Source: Enterobacteria phage RB18. From it: a stretch of 64,000 bases of DNA. The stretch lies in the sequence record NC_054906.1. One strand, given 5' to 3'. A program made the translations under genes and the position numbers. Of this stretch, positions 51,599 through 62,625 are shown piece after piece (positions within the stretch are counted from its first letter, which is position 1; every line of letters begins with the position of its first letter). Below the pieces are notes generated by a model. It was not told the DNA's origin and ran no database searches. It worked only from the letters and a program-made list of their open reading frames with translations.

Positions 51599-54500
51599 AT
51601 GGCCGAGATTAAAAGAAAGTTCAGAGCAGAAGATGGTCTGGACGCAGGTGGTGATAAAATAATCAACGTAGCTTTAGCTGATCGTGCCGTAGGAACTGAC
51701 GGTGTTAACGTTGATTACTTAATTCAAGAAAACACAGTTCAACAATATGATCCAACTCGTGGATATTTAAAAGATTTTGTAATCATTTATGATAACCGCT
51801 TTTGGGCTGCTATAAATGATATTCCAAAACCAGCAGGAGCTTTTAATAGCGGACGCTGGAGAGCATTACGTACTGATGCTAACTGGATTACGGTTTCATC
51901 TGGTTCATATCAATTAAAATCTGGTGAAGCAATTTCGGTTAACACCGCAGCTGGAAATGACATCACGTTTACTTTACCATCTTCTCCAATTGATGGTGAT
52001 ACTATCGTTCTCCAAGATATTGGAGGAAAACCTGGAGTTAACCAAGTTTTAATTGTAGCTCCAGTACAAAGTATTGTAAACTTTAGAGGTGAACAGGTAC
52101 GTTCAGTACTAATGACTCATCCAAAGTCACAGCTAGTTTTAATTTTTAGTAATCGTCTGTGGCAAATGTATGTTGCTGATTATAGTAGAGAAGCTATAGT
52201 TGTAACACCAGCGAATACTTATCAAGCGCAATCCAACGATTTTATCGTGCGTAGATTTACTTCTGCCGCACCGATAAATATTAAACTTCCAAGATTTGCT
52301 AATCATGGAGATATTATTAATTTCGTCGATTTAGATAAACTAAATCCACTTTATCATACAATTGTTACTACATACGATGAAACGACTTCAGTACAAGAAG
52401 TTGGAACTCATTCCATTGAAGGCCGTACAACAATTGACGGTTTCTTGATGTTTGATGATAATGAGAAATTGTGGAGATTGTTTGACGGGGATAGTAAAGC
52501 ACGTTTACGCGTTATAACAACTAATTCTAATATTCGTCCAAATGAAGAAGTTATGGTATTTGGTGCGAATAACGGAACAGCTCAGACAATTGAACTTCAG
52601 CTTCCAACTAATATTTCTGTTGGTGATACTGTTAAAATTTCCATGAATTACATGAGAAAAGGACAAACAGTTAAAATCAAAGCTGCCGGTGAAGATAAAA
52701 TTGCTTCTTCGGTTCAATTGTTGCAATTCCCAAAACGCTCAGAATATCCGCCTGAAGCTGAGTGGGTTACAGTTCAAGAATTAGTTTTTAACGGTGAAAC
52801 TAATTATGTTCCAGTTTTACAACTTGCTTATATAGAAGATTCTGATGGAAAATACTGGGTTGTGCAACAAAATGTTCCAACCGTAGAAAGAGTAGACTCT
52901 TTAAATGATTCTACTAGAGCAAGATTAGGCGTAATAGCTTTAGCTACACAAGCTCAAGCTAATGTCGATTTAGAAAATTCTCCACAAAAAGAATTAGCAA
53001 TTACTCCAGAAACATTAGCTAACCGTACTGCTACTGAAACTCGTAGAGGTATTGCAAGAATAGCAACTACTGCTCAAGTGAATCAGAACACCACATTCTC
53101 TTTTGCTGATGACCTTATCATCACTCCTAAAAAGCTGAATGAAAGAACTGCTACAGAAACTCGCAGAGGTGTCGCAGAAATTGCTACACAACAGGAAACT
53201 AATACAGGTACTGATGATACTACAATCATCACTCCTAAAAAGCTTCAAGCTCGTCAAGGTTCTGAATCATTATCTGGTATTGTAACTTTTGTATCTACTG
53301 CAGGTGCTACTCCGGCTTCTAGCCGCGAATTAAATGGTACCAACGTTTATAATAAAAACACTAATAATTTAGTTGTTTCACCTAAAGCTTTGAATCAGTA
53401 TAAAGCTACTCCAACGCAACAAGGTGCAGTAATTTTAGCAGTTGAAAGTGAAGTAATTGCTGGACAAAGTCAGCAAGGATGGGCAAATGCTGTTGTAACG
53501 CCAGAAACGTTACATAAAAAGACATCAACTGATGGAAGAATTGGTTTAATTGAAATTGCTACGCAAAGTGAAGTTAATACAGGAACTGATTATACTCGTG
53601 CAGTCACTCCTAAAACTTTAAATGACCGCAGAGCAACTGAAAGTTTAAGTGGTATAGCTGAAATTGCTACACAAGTTGAATTCGACGCAGGCGTCGACGA
53701 TACTCGTATCTCTACACCATTAAAAATTAAAACCAGATTTAATAGTACTGATCGTACTTCTGTTGTTGCTCTATCTGGATTAGTTGAATCAGGAACTCTC
53801 TGGGACCATTATACCCTTAATATTCTTGAAGCAAATGAGACACAACGTGGTACACTTCGTGTAGCTACACAAGTTGAAGCTGCTGCAGGAACACTAGATA
53901 ATGTTTTAATAACTCCTAAAAAGCTTTTAGGTACTAAATCTACTGAAGCACAGGAAGGTGTTATTAAAGTTGCAACTCAGTCTGAAACTGTGACTGGAAC
54001 GTCGGCAAATACTGCTGTATCTCCAAAAAATTTAAAATGGATTGTGCAGAGTGAACCTACTTGGGCAGCTACTACTGCAATAAGAGGTTTTGTTAAAACT
54101 TCATCTGGTTCAATTACATTCGTTGGTAATGATACAGTCGGTTCTACACAAGATTTAGAACTGTATGAGAAAAATAGCTATGCGGTATCACCATATGAAT
54201 TAAACCGTGTATTAGCAAATTATCTGCCGTTAAAAGCAAAAGCTGCAGATAGTAATTTATTGGATGGTCTAGATTCATCTCAGTTCATTCGTAGGGATAT
54301 TGCACAGACGGTTAATGGTTCACTAACCTTAACCCAGCAAACGAATCTGAGTGCCCCTCTTGTATCATCTAGTACTGCTACGTTTGGTGGATCAGTTTCG
54401 GCAAATAGTACATTAACTATTTCTAACACTGGAACGGCAACTCGTCTGATTTTTGAGAAAGGACCTCAAACTGGAACTAACCCAGCACAGACGATGACTA

Positions 54501-55468
54501 TCAGAGTTTGGGGAAATCAGTTTGGCGGCGGTTCAGATACAACACGTTCTACTGTATTTGAAGTTGGTGATGAAACATCTAATCACTTTTATTCTCAACG
54601 TAATAAAGCTGGGAATATAACGTTTAGTATCAATGGTACTGTGATGCCAATAAATGTTAACGCTTCAGGCACGTTGAATGCGAATGGCGTTGCAACATTC
54701 GGTCGTTCAGTTACAGCCAATGGTGAATTCATTAGCAAGTCTGCAAATGCTTTCAGAGCAATAAACGGTGATTATGGATTCTTTATCAGGAATGATGGTG
54801 GCAGCACATATTTTATGCTTACTGCATCTGGTGATCAGACTGGCGGATTTAATGGATTACGTCCTTTAGCTATTAATAATGTATCTGGTCAAGTAACAAT
54901 TGGTGAAAGCTTAATCATTGCCAAAGGTGCTACTATAAATTCAGGTGGTTTAACTGTTAACTCGAGAATTCGTTCTCAGGGCACTAAAACATCTGATTTA
55001 TATACCCGCGCGCCAACATCTGATACTGTAGGATTCTGGTCAATCGATATTAACGATTCAGCCACTTATAACCAATTCCCGGGTTATTTTAAAATGGTTG
55101 AAAAAACTAATGAAGTGACTGGGCTTCCATACTTAGAACGTGGCGAAGAAGTTAAATCTCCTGGTACATTGACTCAGTTTGGTAACACACTTGATTCGCT
55201 TTACCAAGATTGGATTACTTATCCAACGACGCCAGAAGCGCGTACCACTCGCTGGACACGTACATGGCAGAAAACCAAAAATTCTTGGTCAAGTTTTGTT
55301 CAGGTATTTGACGGAGGTAACCCTCCTCAACCATCTGATATCGGTGCTTTACCATCTGATAATGCCACAATGGGTAATCTTACTATTCGTGATTTCTTGC
55401 GAATTGGTAATGTTCGCATTATTCCTGACCCAGTGAATAAAACTGTTAAATTTGAATGGGTTGAATAA
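51599..55468 (+). CDS. 34: Long tail fiber proximal subunit gp34 (1289 aa)
   Basis: 1289 aa; late promoter 51557-51564; repeat-rich fibre sequence. Confidence 0.95.
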   Translation: MAEIKRKFRAEDGLDAGGDKIINVALADRAVGTDGVNVDYLIQENTVQQYDPTRGYLKDFVIIYDNRFWAAINDIPKPAGAFNSGRWRALRTDANWITVSSGSYQLKSGEAISVNTAAGNDITFTLPSSPIDGDTIVLQDIGGKPGVNQVLIVAPVQSIVNFRGEQVRSVLMTHPKSQLVLIFSNRLWQMYVADYSREAIVVTPANTYQAQSNDFIVRRFTSAAPINIKLPRFANHGDIINFVDLDKLNPLYHTIVTTYDETTSVQEVGTHSIEGRTTIDGFLMFDDNEKLWRLFDGDSKARLRVITTNSNIRPNEEVMVFGANNGTAQTIELQLPTNISVGDTVKISMNYMRKGQTVKIKAAGEDKIASSVQLLQFPKRSEYPPEAEWVTVQELVFNGETNYVPVLQLAYIEDSDGKYWVVQQNVPTVERVDSLNDSTRARLGVIALATQAQANVDLENSPQKELAITPETLANRTATETRRGIARIATTAQVNQNTTFSFADDLIITPKKLNERTATETRRGVAEIATQQETNTGTDDTTIITPKKLQARQGSESLSGIVTFVSTAGATPASSRELNGTNVYNKNTNNLVVSPKALNQYKATPTQQGAVILAVESEVIAGQSQQGWANAVVTPETLHKKTSTDGRIGLIEIATQSEVNTGTDYTRAVTPKTLNDRRATESLSGIAEIATQVEFDAGVDDTRISTPLKIKTRFNSTDRTSVVALSGLVESGTLWDHYTLNILEANETQRGTLRVATQVEAAAGTLDNVLITPKKLLGTKSTEAQEGVIKVATQSETVTGTSANTAVSPKNLKWIVQSEPTWAATTAIRGFVKTSSGSITFVGNDTVGSTQDLELYEKNSYAVSPYELNRVLANYLPLKAKAADSNLLDGLDSSQFIRRDIAQTVNGSLTLTQQTNLSAPLVSSSTATFGGSVSANSTLTISNTGTATRLIFEKGPQTGTNPAQTMTIRVWGNQFGGGSDTTRSTVFEVGDETSNHFYSQRNKAGNITFSINGTVMPINVNASGTLNANGVATFGRSVTANGEFISKSANAFRAINGDYGFFIRNDGGSTYFMLTASGDQTGGFNGLRPLAINNVSGQVTIGESLIIAKGATINSGGLTVNSRIRSQGTKTSDLYTRAPTSDTVGFWSIDINDSATYNQFPGYFKMVEKTNEVTGLPYLERGEEVKSPGTLTQFGNTLDSLYQDWITYPTTPEARTTRWTRTWQKTKNSWSSFVQVFDGGNPPQPSDIGALPSDNATMGNLTIRDFLRIGNVRIIPDPVNKTVKFEWVE

Positions 55469-55476
55469 GAGGTATT

Positions 55477-56592
55477 ATGGAAAAATTTATGGCAGAGTTT
55501 GGACAAGGATATGTCCAAACACCATTTTTATCGGAAAGTAATTCAGTAAGATATAAAATAAGTATAGCGGGTTCTTGTCCGCTTTCTACCGCAGGACCGT
55601 ATGTTAAATTTCAGGATAATCCTGTAGGAAGTCAAACATTTAGCGCAGGTCTTCATTTAAGAGTTTTTGACCCTTCCACCGGAGCATTAGTTGATAGTAA
55701 GTCATATGCTTTTTCGACTTCAAATGATACTACATCAGCTGCTTTTGTTAGTTTCATGAATTCTTTGACGAATAATCGAATTGTTGCTATATTAACTAGT
55801 GGAAAGGTTAATTTTCCTCCTGAAGTAGTATCTTGGTTAAGAACCGCAGGAACGTCTGCCTTTCCATCTGACTCTATATTGTCAAGATTTGACGTATCAT
55901 ATGCTGCTTTTTATACTTCTTCTAAAAGAGCTATTGCATTAGAGCATGTTAAACTGAGTAACAGAAAAAGCACAGATGACTATCAAACTATTTTAGATGT
56001 TGTATTTGACAGTTTAGAAGACGTCGGAGCTACCGGGTTTCCAAGAAGAACGTATGAAAGCGTTGAGCAATTTATGTCAGCGGTTGGTGGAACTAATAAC
56101 GAAATTGCGCGTCTACCAACTTCAGCTGCTATAAGTAAACTCTCTGATTATAATTTAATTCCTGGTGATGTTCTTTATCTTAAAGCACAGTTATATGCTG
56201 ATGCTGATTTACTTGCTCTTGGAACTACAAATATATCTATCCGTTTTTATAATGCATCTAATGGATATATTTCCTCGACACAAGCTGAGTTTACTGGACA
56301 AGCTGGGTCATGGGAATTAAAGGAAGATTATGTAGTTGTTCCAGAAAACGCAGTAGGATTTACGATATATGCACAAAGAACTGCACAAGCTGGTCAAGGC
56401 GGCATGAGAAATTTAAGTTTTTCTGAAGTATCAAGAAACGGCGGCATTTCAAAACCTGCTGAATTTGGCGTCAATGGTATTCGTGTTAATTATATCTGTG
56501 AATCTGCTTCACCTCCGGATATAATGGTACTTCCTACACAAGCATCGTCTAAAACTGGTAAAGTGTTTGGGCAAGAATTTAGAGAAGTATAA
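55477..56592 (+). CDS. 35: Long tail fiber hinge connector gp35
   Basis: 371 aa; synteny 34-35-36-37. Confidence 0.9.
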   Translation: MEKFMAEFGQGYVQTPFLSESNSVRYKISIAGSCPLSTAGPYVKFQDNPVGSQTFSAGLHLRVFDPSTGALVDSKSYAFSTSNDTTSAAFVSFMNSLTNNRIVAILTSGKVNFPPEVVSWLRTAGTSAFPSDSILSRFDVSYAAFYTSSKRAIALEHVKLSNRKSTDDYQTILDVVFDSLEDVGATGFPRRTYESVEQFMSAVGGTNNEIARLPTSAAISKLSDYNLIPGDVLYLKAQLYADADLLALGTTNISIRFYNASNGYISSTQAEFTGQAGSWELKEDYVVVPENAVGFTIYAQRTAQAGQGGMRNLSFSEVSRNGGISKPAEFGVNGIRVNYICESASPPDIMVLPTQASSKTGKVFGQEFREV

Positions 56593-56597
56593 ATTGA

Positions 56598-56620
56598 GGG
56601 AGCCTTCGGGTTCCCTTTTT
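56598..56620 (+). terminator. Terminator GGGAGCC-TTCG-GGTTCCC + T5 after gene 35
   Basis: 7-bp stem (one G-U), UUCG loop, T-run. Confidence 0.8.
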
Positions 56621-56623
56621 CTT

Positions 56624-56631
56624 TATAAATA
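56624..56631 (+). promoter_or_regulatory. Late promoter TATAAATA (gene 36)
   Basis: Exact consensus 24 nt upstream of ATG. Confidence 0.7.
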
Positions 56632-56654
56632 CTATTAAAATAAAGGGGCATACA

Positions 56655-57320
56655 ATGGCTGATTTAAAAGTAGGTTCAACAACCGGAGGCTCTGTCATTT
56701 GGCATCAAGGAAATTTTCCATTGAATCCAGCCGGTGACGATGTACTCTATAAATCATTTAAAATATATTCAGAATATAATAAACCACAAGCTGCTGATAA
56801 CGATTTCGTTTCTAAAGCTAATGGTGGTACTTATGCATCAAAGGTAACATTTAATGCTGGTGTTCAAGTACCATATGCTATAAACAACACAAACCAATGT
56901 GGTATTTATCCAGGTAACGGTGATAATGCTACTTTTGCTGTAGCAAATATTGATATTGTTTCGTGGAATGGTATTGGTTTTAAATCATCACAGGGTTCAG
57001 CAGAACGAACTGTTGTAATTAATGCACGTAATGGTGATATTAGTACAAAAGGCGTTGTGACAGCAGTAGGTCAAATAAGAAGTAATGCAGTTGCTCCTAT
57101 AGCAGCGAATGACCTTACTAGAAAGGACTATGTTGATGGAGCAATAAATACTGTTACGGCAAATGCAAACTCTAGGGTGCTACGGTCTGGTGACATCATG
57201 ACAGGTAATTTAACAGCGCCAAACTTTTTCTCACAGAATCCTGCATCTCAACCTTCACATGTTCCACGATTTGACCAAATCGTAATTAAGGATTCTGTTC
57301 AAGATTTCGGCTATTATTAA
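56655..57320 (+). CDS. 36: Long tail fiber proximal connector gp36 (221 aa)
   Basis: 221 aa; late promoter 56624-56631. Confidence 0.9.
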   Translation: MADLKVGSTTGGSVIWHQGNFPLNPAGDDVLYKSFKIYSEYNKPQAADNDFVSKANGGTYASKVTFNAGVQVPYAINNTNQCGIYPGNGDNATFAVANIDIVSWNGIGFKSSQGSAERTVVINARNGDISTKGVVTAVGQIRSNAVAPIAANDLTRKDYVDGAINTVTANANSRVLRSGDIMTGNLTAPNFFSQNPASQPSHVPRFDQIVIKDSVQDFGYY

Positions 57321-57328
57321 GAGGACTT

Positions 57329-60300
57329 ATGGCTACTTTAAAACAAATACAATTTAAAAGAAGCAAAATCGCAGGTGCACGTCCTGCTGCTTCAGTATTA
57401 GCCGAAGGTGAATTGGCTATAAACTTAAAAGATAGAACAATTTTTACTAAAGATGATTCAGGAAATATCATTGACTTAAGCATTTCTGCTGGTGGTAATA
57501 TCAGTGGAAATATCACTCAAACTGGTGATTATACACAGACTGGAAAATTTAATTTAATTGGTCCGCAAATTGTAGCAAGCGGTGGATATATTGAGTTTAA
57601 TTATCGTACTACTGGAAGTGGGGCTTGGTCCGGTCAACATACTGCGAAAGCTCCAATTTTTGTAGATTTAAGCTCAGCTACTTCCACATCTGAATATAAT
57701 CCTATAATTAAACAGCGCTTTAAAGATGGAACTTTTTCATTAGGTACTTTAGTTTCTGAAGGTTCGTTGAAGATTCATTATATCAATGAATCTGGCGATT
57801 CGAAATATTGGACGTTTCGACGTGACGGCGGATTTACTGTTGACGGTGGAGGTTTAGGAGTATCAGGAGGTAGTATAACTACATCTGGAAATATTGCAGC
57901 TCTCGGAAATATTACTTCGCCTCAGATTAATACTAAAAATATTATTTTAGATACAAAAGCATTTGGACAATACGATTCGCAATCATTAGTTCAATATGTT
58001 TATCCTGGAACAGGTGAAGAAAATGGTATAAACTATCTTCGTAAAGTTCGAGCTAAATCAGGCGGAACCATTTACCATGAAATCGCTTCAGCTCAAACCG
58101 GTAAAAATGATGAAATTTCTTGGTGGACCGGAAATACACTTACTACTAAATTAATGGGTCTTCGTAATGATGGCGCAATGGTATTACGTCGTTCACTTGC
58201 TATTGGCACAATTACCACTGACGAAAATACTAACAACTATGGTTCTCCTACTCCAATGGGAGAAAGATATATTGCTTTGGGCGATGCTGCCACTGGTTTA
58301 AAATACATTAAGCAGGGTGTTTATGATTTAGTAGGTAATTGGAATTCTGTTGCTTCTATTACTCCTGATAGTTTCCGTAGTACTCGTAAAGCGTTATTTG
58401 GACGTTCAGAAGACCAAGGCGGAACCTGGACAATGCCTGGAACGAACGCTGCCTTTTTATCAGTTCAAACACAGGCTGATGAAAACACTGCTGGAGACGG
58501 CCAGACGCATATTGGCTATAACTCAGGCGGAAAAATGAACCACTATTTCCGTGGTAAAGGCAAAACTAATATTAATACTCAGGAAGGTATGGAAGTTAAT
58601 CCGGGTATTTTGAAATTGGTAACTGGCTCTAATAATGTAATGTTTTATGCTGATGGCGGTATTACATCTGTTAAGCAGCTTTCAATATATAATGGCATAT
58701 ATTTAGCAGCTAATAATTCTACTGCTGGGCTAACATTCGCTCCAACTACTACAATTGATGGTACTAAGCAAATTTTGTGGGAAGGCGGTACTCGCGCTGG
58801 GCAGAATAAAAGCTATGTAACTGTTAAAGCATGGGGTAATTCATTTAACGCATCTGGCGATCGTAATCGTGAAACGGTTTTTGAAGTAGCTGATGGACAA
58901 GGATATTATTTTTATTCACAGCGTGTGGCTCCAAGTGGCTCTGAAACTACTGGGCCTGTTGTAACCCAGTTCAATGGACAAGTTAATGCTAGAGGAAGTA
59001 TTATTACTGACGGAAGTTTTAAAGTTAATGGATTAAGCACTTTAGTCGGTAATGTTACTATGTCTAATGGTTTGTTTGTCCAAGGTGGTTCTTCTATTAC
59101 TGGACAGGTAAAAATTGGTGGAACGGCTGATGCATTAAGAATTTGGAATGCTGAATACGGTGCTATTTTCCGTCGCTCAGAAAGTAATCTTTATATTATC
59201 CCGACTCCTAAAGATGCTGGAGAATCGGGCGGTATAAGTAATCTTAGACCATTGATAATAGAACTGAACACTGGCACAGTTAAAATGTCGCATGATGTTC
59301 ATTTAGGAGATTCTGGATCTGGTACAGGACTTTTACAAGTAAGTAATAGTCTTAAAACTATTAAAATGATATGTCCAGTAACTATTAATTCACCTAATGC
59401 AGTGCTTACTCTAGATTCTCCTTCATCTTCTGCTAATTATTTACTGGGTTCTAGAGATGGAACTAGATCGTGGTATGTTGGTCTTGGTGGCGCTGGAAAT
59501 GATTTATCGCTTTATAGTCAATATAATGGACACGGTCTTGTTATAAGCAATAATTTAGTATCAATCACTAAACCTCTTAAAGTCGGAAATGCACAATTAG
59601 GAACTGACGGTAATATTACCAATGGTTCAGGAAACTTTGCCAACTTAAATACCACGTTAAATCGTAAAGTTAATTCTGGATTTATTACTTATGGAGCAAC
59701 CTCTGGATGGTATAAGTTTGCAACAGTAACAATGCCACAATCCACTTCAACAGTCTTCTTTAAAATAGTTGGAGGTTCTGGATTTAATAGCGGATTATTC
59801 ACCCAATGTAATATTGCTGAAATTGTTTTACGTACTGGTAATGAAAGACCTTCTGACTTAAATGCTGTATTATACACAAGAACAACTGGAATGTATAGCG
59901 CAGCATTTAGAAATATTGCAGTTAACAATGTCTCTGGAAATACATATGACATTTATGTTTATGCTGGAACATATTGTAATCAACTAGTTTGTGAATGGTC
60001 ATGTACCGAAAATGCTACTGTTAGCGTTATTGGTATTAACTCATCTACCCAATCACCTGTGGATGCTCTTCCAGATACAGCAGTTGATGGGCAAGTTGCT
60101 AATGTTCTTAATAACTTGGTTGATCGCGGTAAAGTTAAGCGTTATGAAGCCGATTCTGAAATAGCTATTAATAGCCCAACCGGTATTCGTATCAGAAGCA
60201 ATGGCGATAAAACTGGTTCTGTTGCTACAATGCTACGAAATGATGGCGGCAGTTTTTATATTCTGTTTACAGATAAAAATGCCACCGATGGCGCAGCAAC

Positions 60301-61114
60301 TGTTAATGGTGATTGGAATAGTAAACGTCCTTTCGCAATTAACTTAACAACCGGCGAAGTGATGATGAATAATGGCATAGCTGTTCGCAGCGCTGCTTTA
60401 TTCTATAATAGCATAAACGTCAAAGATAATGGTTCTATTAACTTTGATAAATCAGGTGCTAACCCGAGAAATATGAGAATATTTCATGCTGGCGATGCTT
60501 CTCGCGGTAACCGCATTGAAATTGCAGATGAAACTAACTATATTGCTTACTTTGAAAAGGCTCCAGGTGGAGCTAACCGCTTTGTAGTAAATAATGCTAC
60601 TGTAGCTGGTGTTAACCAAATGAATTCATTTGGTATTAATATCAATAACGCACTTGGTGGAAATAGTATAGCATTTGGTGATAGCGATACTGGTATTAAG
60701 CAAAATGGCGATGGATTATTAGACATATATGCGAACAGCGTACAAGTGTTCCGTTTCCAAAACGGTGATTTGTACTCATACAAAAATATAAATGCTCCAA
60801 ACGTTTATATTCGTTCTGATATTCGTTTAAAATCCAACTTTAAGCCTATCGAAAATGCACTTGATAAAGTTGAAAAACTTAACGGTGTCATTTACGATAA
60901 AGCTGAATACATCGGTGGAGAGGCAATTGAAACTGAAGCGGGTATTGTGGCTCAAACGTTACAAGACGTTTTACCAGAAGCTGTCCGCGAAACAGAAGAT
61001 AGCAAGGGTAATAAAATACTCACTGTTTCTTCTCAAGCCCAGATTGCTCTTCTGGTTGAAGCTGTGAAAACACTTTCTTCTCGTGTAAAAGAACTTGAAT
61101 CTAAACTTATGTAA
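57329..61114 (+). CDS. 37: Long tail fiber distal subunit gp37, T2-type (1261 aa) with C-terminal intramolecular-chaperone-like domain
   Basis: Conserved N-terminal region; length differs from T4 (1026 aa from memory); C-terminal coiled segment ending ...KELESKLM. Confidence 0.9.
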   Translation: MATLKQIQFKRSKIAGARPAASVLAEGELAINLKDRTIFTKDDSGNIIDLSISAGGNISGNITQTGDYTQTGKFNLIGPQIVASGGYIEFNYRTTGSGAWSGQHTAKAPIFVDLSSATSTSEYNPIIKQRFKDGTFSLGTLVSEGSLKIHYINESGDSKYWTFRRDGGFTVDGGGLGVSGGSITTSGNIAALGNITSPQINTKNIILDTKAFGQYDSQSLVQYVYPGTGEENGINYLRKVRAKSGGTIYHEIASAQTGKNDEISWWTGNTLTTKLMGLRNDGAMVLRRSLAIGTITTDENTNNYGSPTPMGERYIALGDAATGLKYIKQGVYDLVGNWNSVASITPDSFRSTRKALFGRSEDQGGTWTMPGTNAAFLSVQTQADENTAGDGQTHIGYNSGGKMNHYFRGKGKTNINTQEGMEVNPGILKLVTGSNNVMFYADGGITSVKQLSIYNGIYLAANNSTAGLTFAPTTTIDGTKQILWEGGTRAGQNKSYVTVKAWGNSFNASGDRNRETVFEVADGQGYYFYSQRVAPSGSETTGPVVTQFNGQVNARGSIITDGSFKVNGLSTLVGNVTMSNGLFVQGGSSITGQVKIGGTADALRIWNAEYGAIFRRSESNLYIIPTPKDAGESGGISNLRPLIIELNTGTVKMSHDVHLGDSGSGTGLLQVSNSLKTIKMICPVTINSPNAVLTLDSPSSSANYLLGSRDGTRSWYVGLGGAGNDLSLYSQYNGHGLVISNNLVSITKPLKVGNAQLGTDGNITNGSGNFANLNTTLNRKVNSGFITYGATSGWYKFATVTMPQSTSTVFFKIVGGSGFNSGLFTQCNIAEIVLRTGNERPSDLNAVLYTRTTGMYSAAFRNIAVNNVSGNTYDIYVYAGTYCNQLVCEWSCTENATVSVIGINSSTQSPVDALPDTAVDGQVANVLNNLVDRGKVKRYEADSEIAINSPTGIRIRSNGDKTGSVATMLRNDGGSFYILFTDKNATDGAATVNGDWNSKRPFAINLTTGEVMMNNGIAVRSAALFYNSINVKDNGSINFDKSGANPRNMRIFHAGDASRGNRIEIADETNYIAYFEKAPGGANRFVVNNATVAGVNQMNSFGININNALGGNSIAFGDSDTGIKQNGDGLLDIYANSVQVFRFQNGDLYSYKNINAPNVYIRSDIRLKSNFKPIENALDKVEKLNGVIYDKAEYIGGEAIETEAGIVAQTLQDVLPEAVRETEDSKGNKILTVSSQAQIALLVEAVKTLSSRVKELESKLM

Positions 61115-61116
61115 AA

Positions 61117-61132
61117 GAGGGCTTCGGCCCTC
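61117..61132 (+). other. Hairpin GAGGGC-TTCG-GCCCTC between genes 37 and 38
   Basis: 6-bp stem, UUCG loop; no immediate U-tract. Confidence 0.5.
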
Positions 61133-61144
61133 TAAGGATTTTTA

Positions 61145-61936
61145 ATGGCAATTGTAGGTGTTCCTGGCTGGATTGGCGAATCTGCCGTGAATGAAACTGG
61201 ACAACGTTGGATGGATGCTGCAATGAAAGCAGTTCGTGTTTCAGTTCCTGGTTGGATGAGCTCAATGGCTGGACAATCTAAAGAAGTATATTACAGCATT
61301 GGTGCTAGCAATTCTTATAATAAAGATACACTAATAAATTGGATAAAAGCCCAAGGAAGTACTCCTGTTGTTATTACTATTACAGGAAATATTGTTTCTC
61401 AATCTACTGGTGTTCCATGCTTAGATTTTCCTAGCTCATTAACTAATGCATATGTTACCTTAAATATTAATAGTGGGGTTCATGTATTAGGTCGGGGAGG
61501 AAATGGCGGAAGTAACTCTGCTGGTGGAGCAGGAGGAACTGCAATAAATAACGGAATTGGAACTCGTTTAAGAATAAACAATAATGGTATTATTGGTGGC
61601 GGTGGCGGTGGCGGCGCAGGTGCTAGATACAATCCTTTCCCTCAAATGGATATGAAATTTGGTGGCGGCGGAGGTCGTCCATTTGGCGCAGCTGGCGCAG
61701 CAGGAGGTGGCGCAGCTGCAGCATCTGCTGGTACAATTTCTGCTCCCGGTAAAGGCACTGTTTCTGGGGTTCACCATGGAGGAGATGGTGGAGATTTAGG
61801 AGCTGCTGGCAAATCTTCATATATTCAAGGTGGTACTGGAGGAACTGTTCACTCGGGTGGTGCTGCGGGTAAAGCTGTTACTGGTAATGCTCCAACTTGG
61901 ACTAAAGTTGGCACAATATATGGTTCAAGAGTATAA
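61145..61936 (+). CDS. 38: Tail fiber adhesin gp38, T2-type with glycine-rich motifs (263 aa)
   Basis: Poly-Gly segments (GGGGGGGAGA, FGGGGGRPFG) separating variable segments; conserved N-terminus MAIVGVPGWIGES. Confidence 0.88.
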   Translation: MAIVGVPGWIGESAVNETGQRWMDAAMKAVRVSVPGWMSSMAGQSKEVYYSIGASNSYNKDTLINWIKAQGSTPVVITITGNIVSQSTGVPCLDFPSSLTNAYVTLNINSGVHVLGRGGNGGSNSAGGAGGTAINNGIGTRLRINNNGIIGGGGGGGAGARYNPFPQMDMKFGGGGGRPFGAAGAAGGGAAAASAGTISAPGKGTVSGVHHGGDGGDLGAAGKSSYIQGGTGGTVHSGGAAGKAVTGNAPTWTKVGTIYGSRV

Positions 61937-61968
61937 TTTTTGAATAAATATCCTTAAAAGGAGGGTCT

Positions 61969-62625
61969 ATGGCAGCACCTAGAATATCATTTTCGCCCTC
62001 TGATATTCTATTTGGTGTTCTAGATCGCTTGTTCAAAGATAACGCTACCGGGAAAGTTCTTGCTTCCCGGGTAGCTGTCGTAATTCTTTTATTTATGATG
62101 GCGATTGTTTGGTATAGGGGAGATAGTTTCTTTGAGTACTATAAGCAATCAAAGTATGAAACATACAGTGAAATTATTGAAAAGGAAAGAAATGCACGCT
62201 TTGAATCTGTCGCCCTGGAACAACTCCAGATAGTTCATATATCATCTGAGGCAGACTTTAGTGCGGTGTATTCTTTCCGCCCTAAAAACTTAAACTATTT
62301 TGTTGATATTATAGCATACGAAGGAAAATTACCTTCAACAATAAGTGAAAAATCACTTGGAGGATATCCTGTTGATAAAACTATGGATGAATATACAGTT
62401 CATTTAAATGGACGTCATTATTATTCCAACTCAAAATTTGCTTTTTTACCAACTAAAAAGCCTACTCCCGAAATAAACTACATGTACAGTTGTCCATATT
62501 TTAATTTGGATAATATCTATGCTGGAACGATAACCATGTACTGGTATAGAAATGATCATATAAGTAATGACCGCCTTGAATCAATATGTGCTCAGGCGGC
62601 CAGAATATTAGGAAGGGCTAAATAA
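61969..62625 (+). CDS. t: Holin T (218 aa)
   Basis: 218 aa; single N-terminal TMD and large periplasmic domain; sequence recognised. Confidence 0.93.
   Translation: MAAPRISFSPSDILFGVLDRLFKDNATGKVLASRVAVVILLFMMAIVWYRGDSFFEYYKQSKYETYSEIIEKERNARFESVALEQLQIVHISSEADFSAVYSFRPKNLNYFVDIIAYEGKLPSTISEKSLGGYPVDKTMDEYTVHLNGRHYYSNSKFAFLPTKKPTPEINYMYSCPYFNLDNIYAGTITMYWYRNDHISNDRLESICAQAARILGRAK

Noticed and set aside
51469-51666. 65-aa minus-strand ORF spanning the rnh-gene 34 intergenic region
   Set aside because: Overlaps the rnh start, both divergent promoters and the gene 34 start; the region is better explained as regulatory DNA
61590-61720. Short tandem GGT/GGC repeats that could be mistaken for a repeat array
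   Set aside because: They are in-frame glycine codons of the gp38 adhesin, not CRISPR or non-coding repeats
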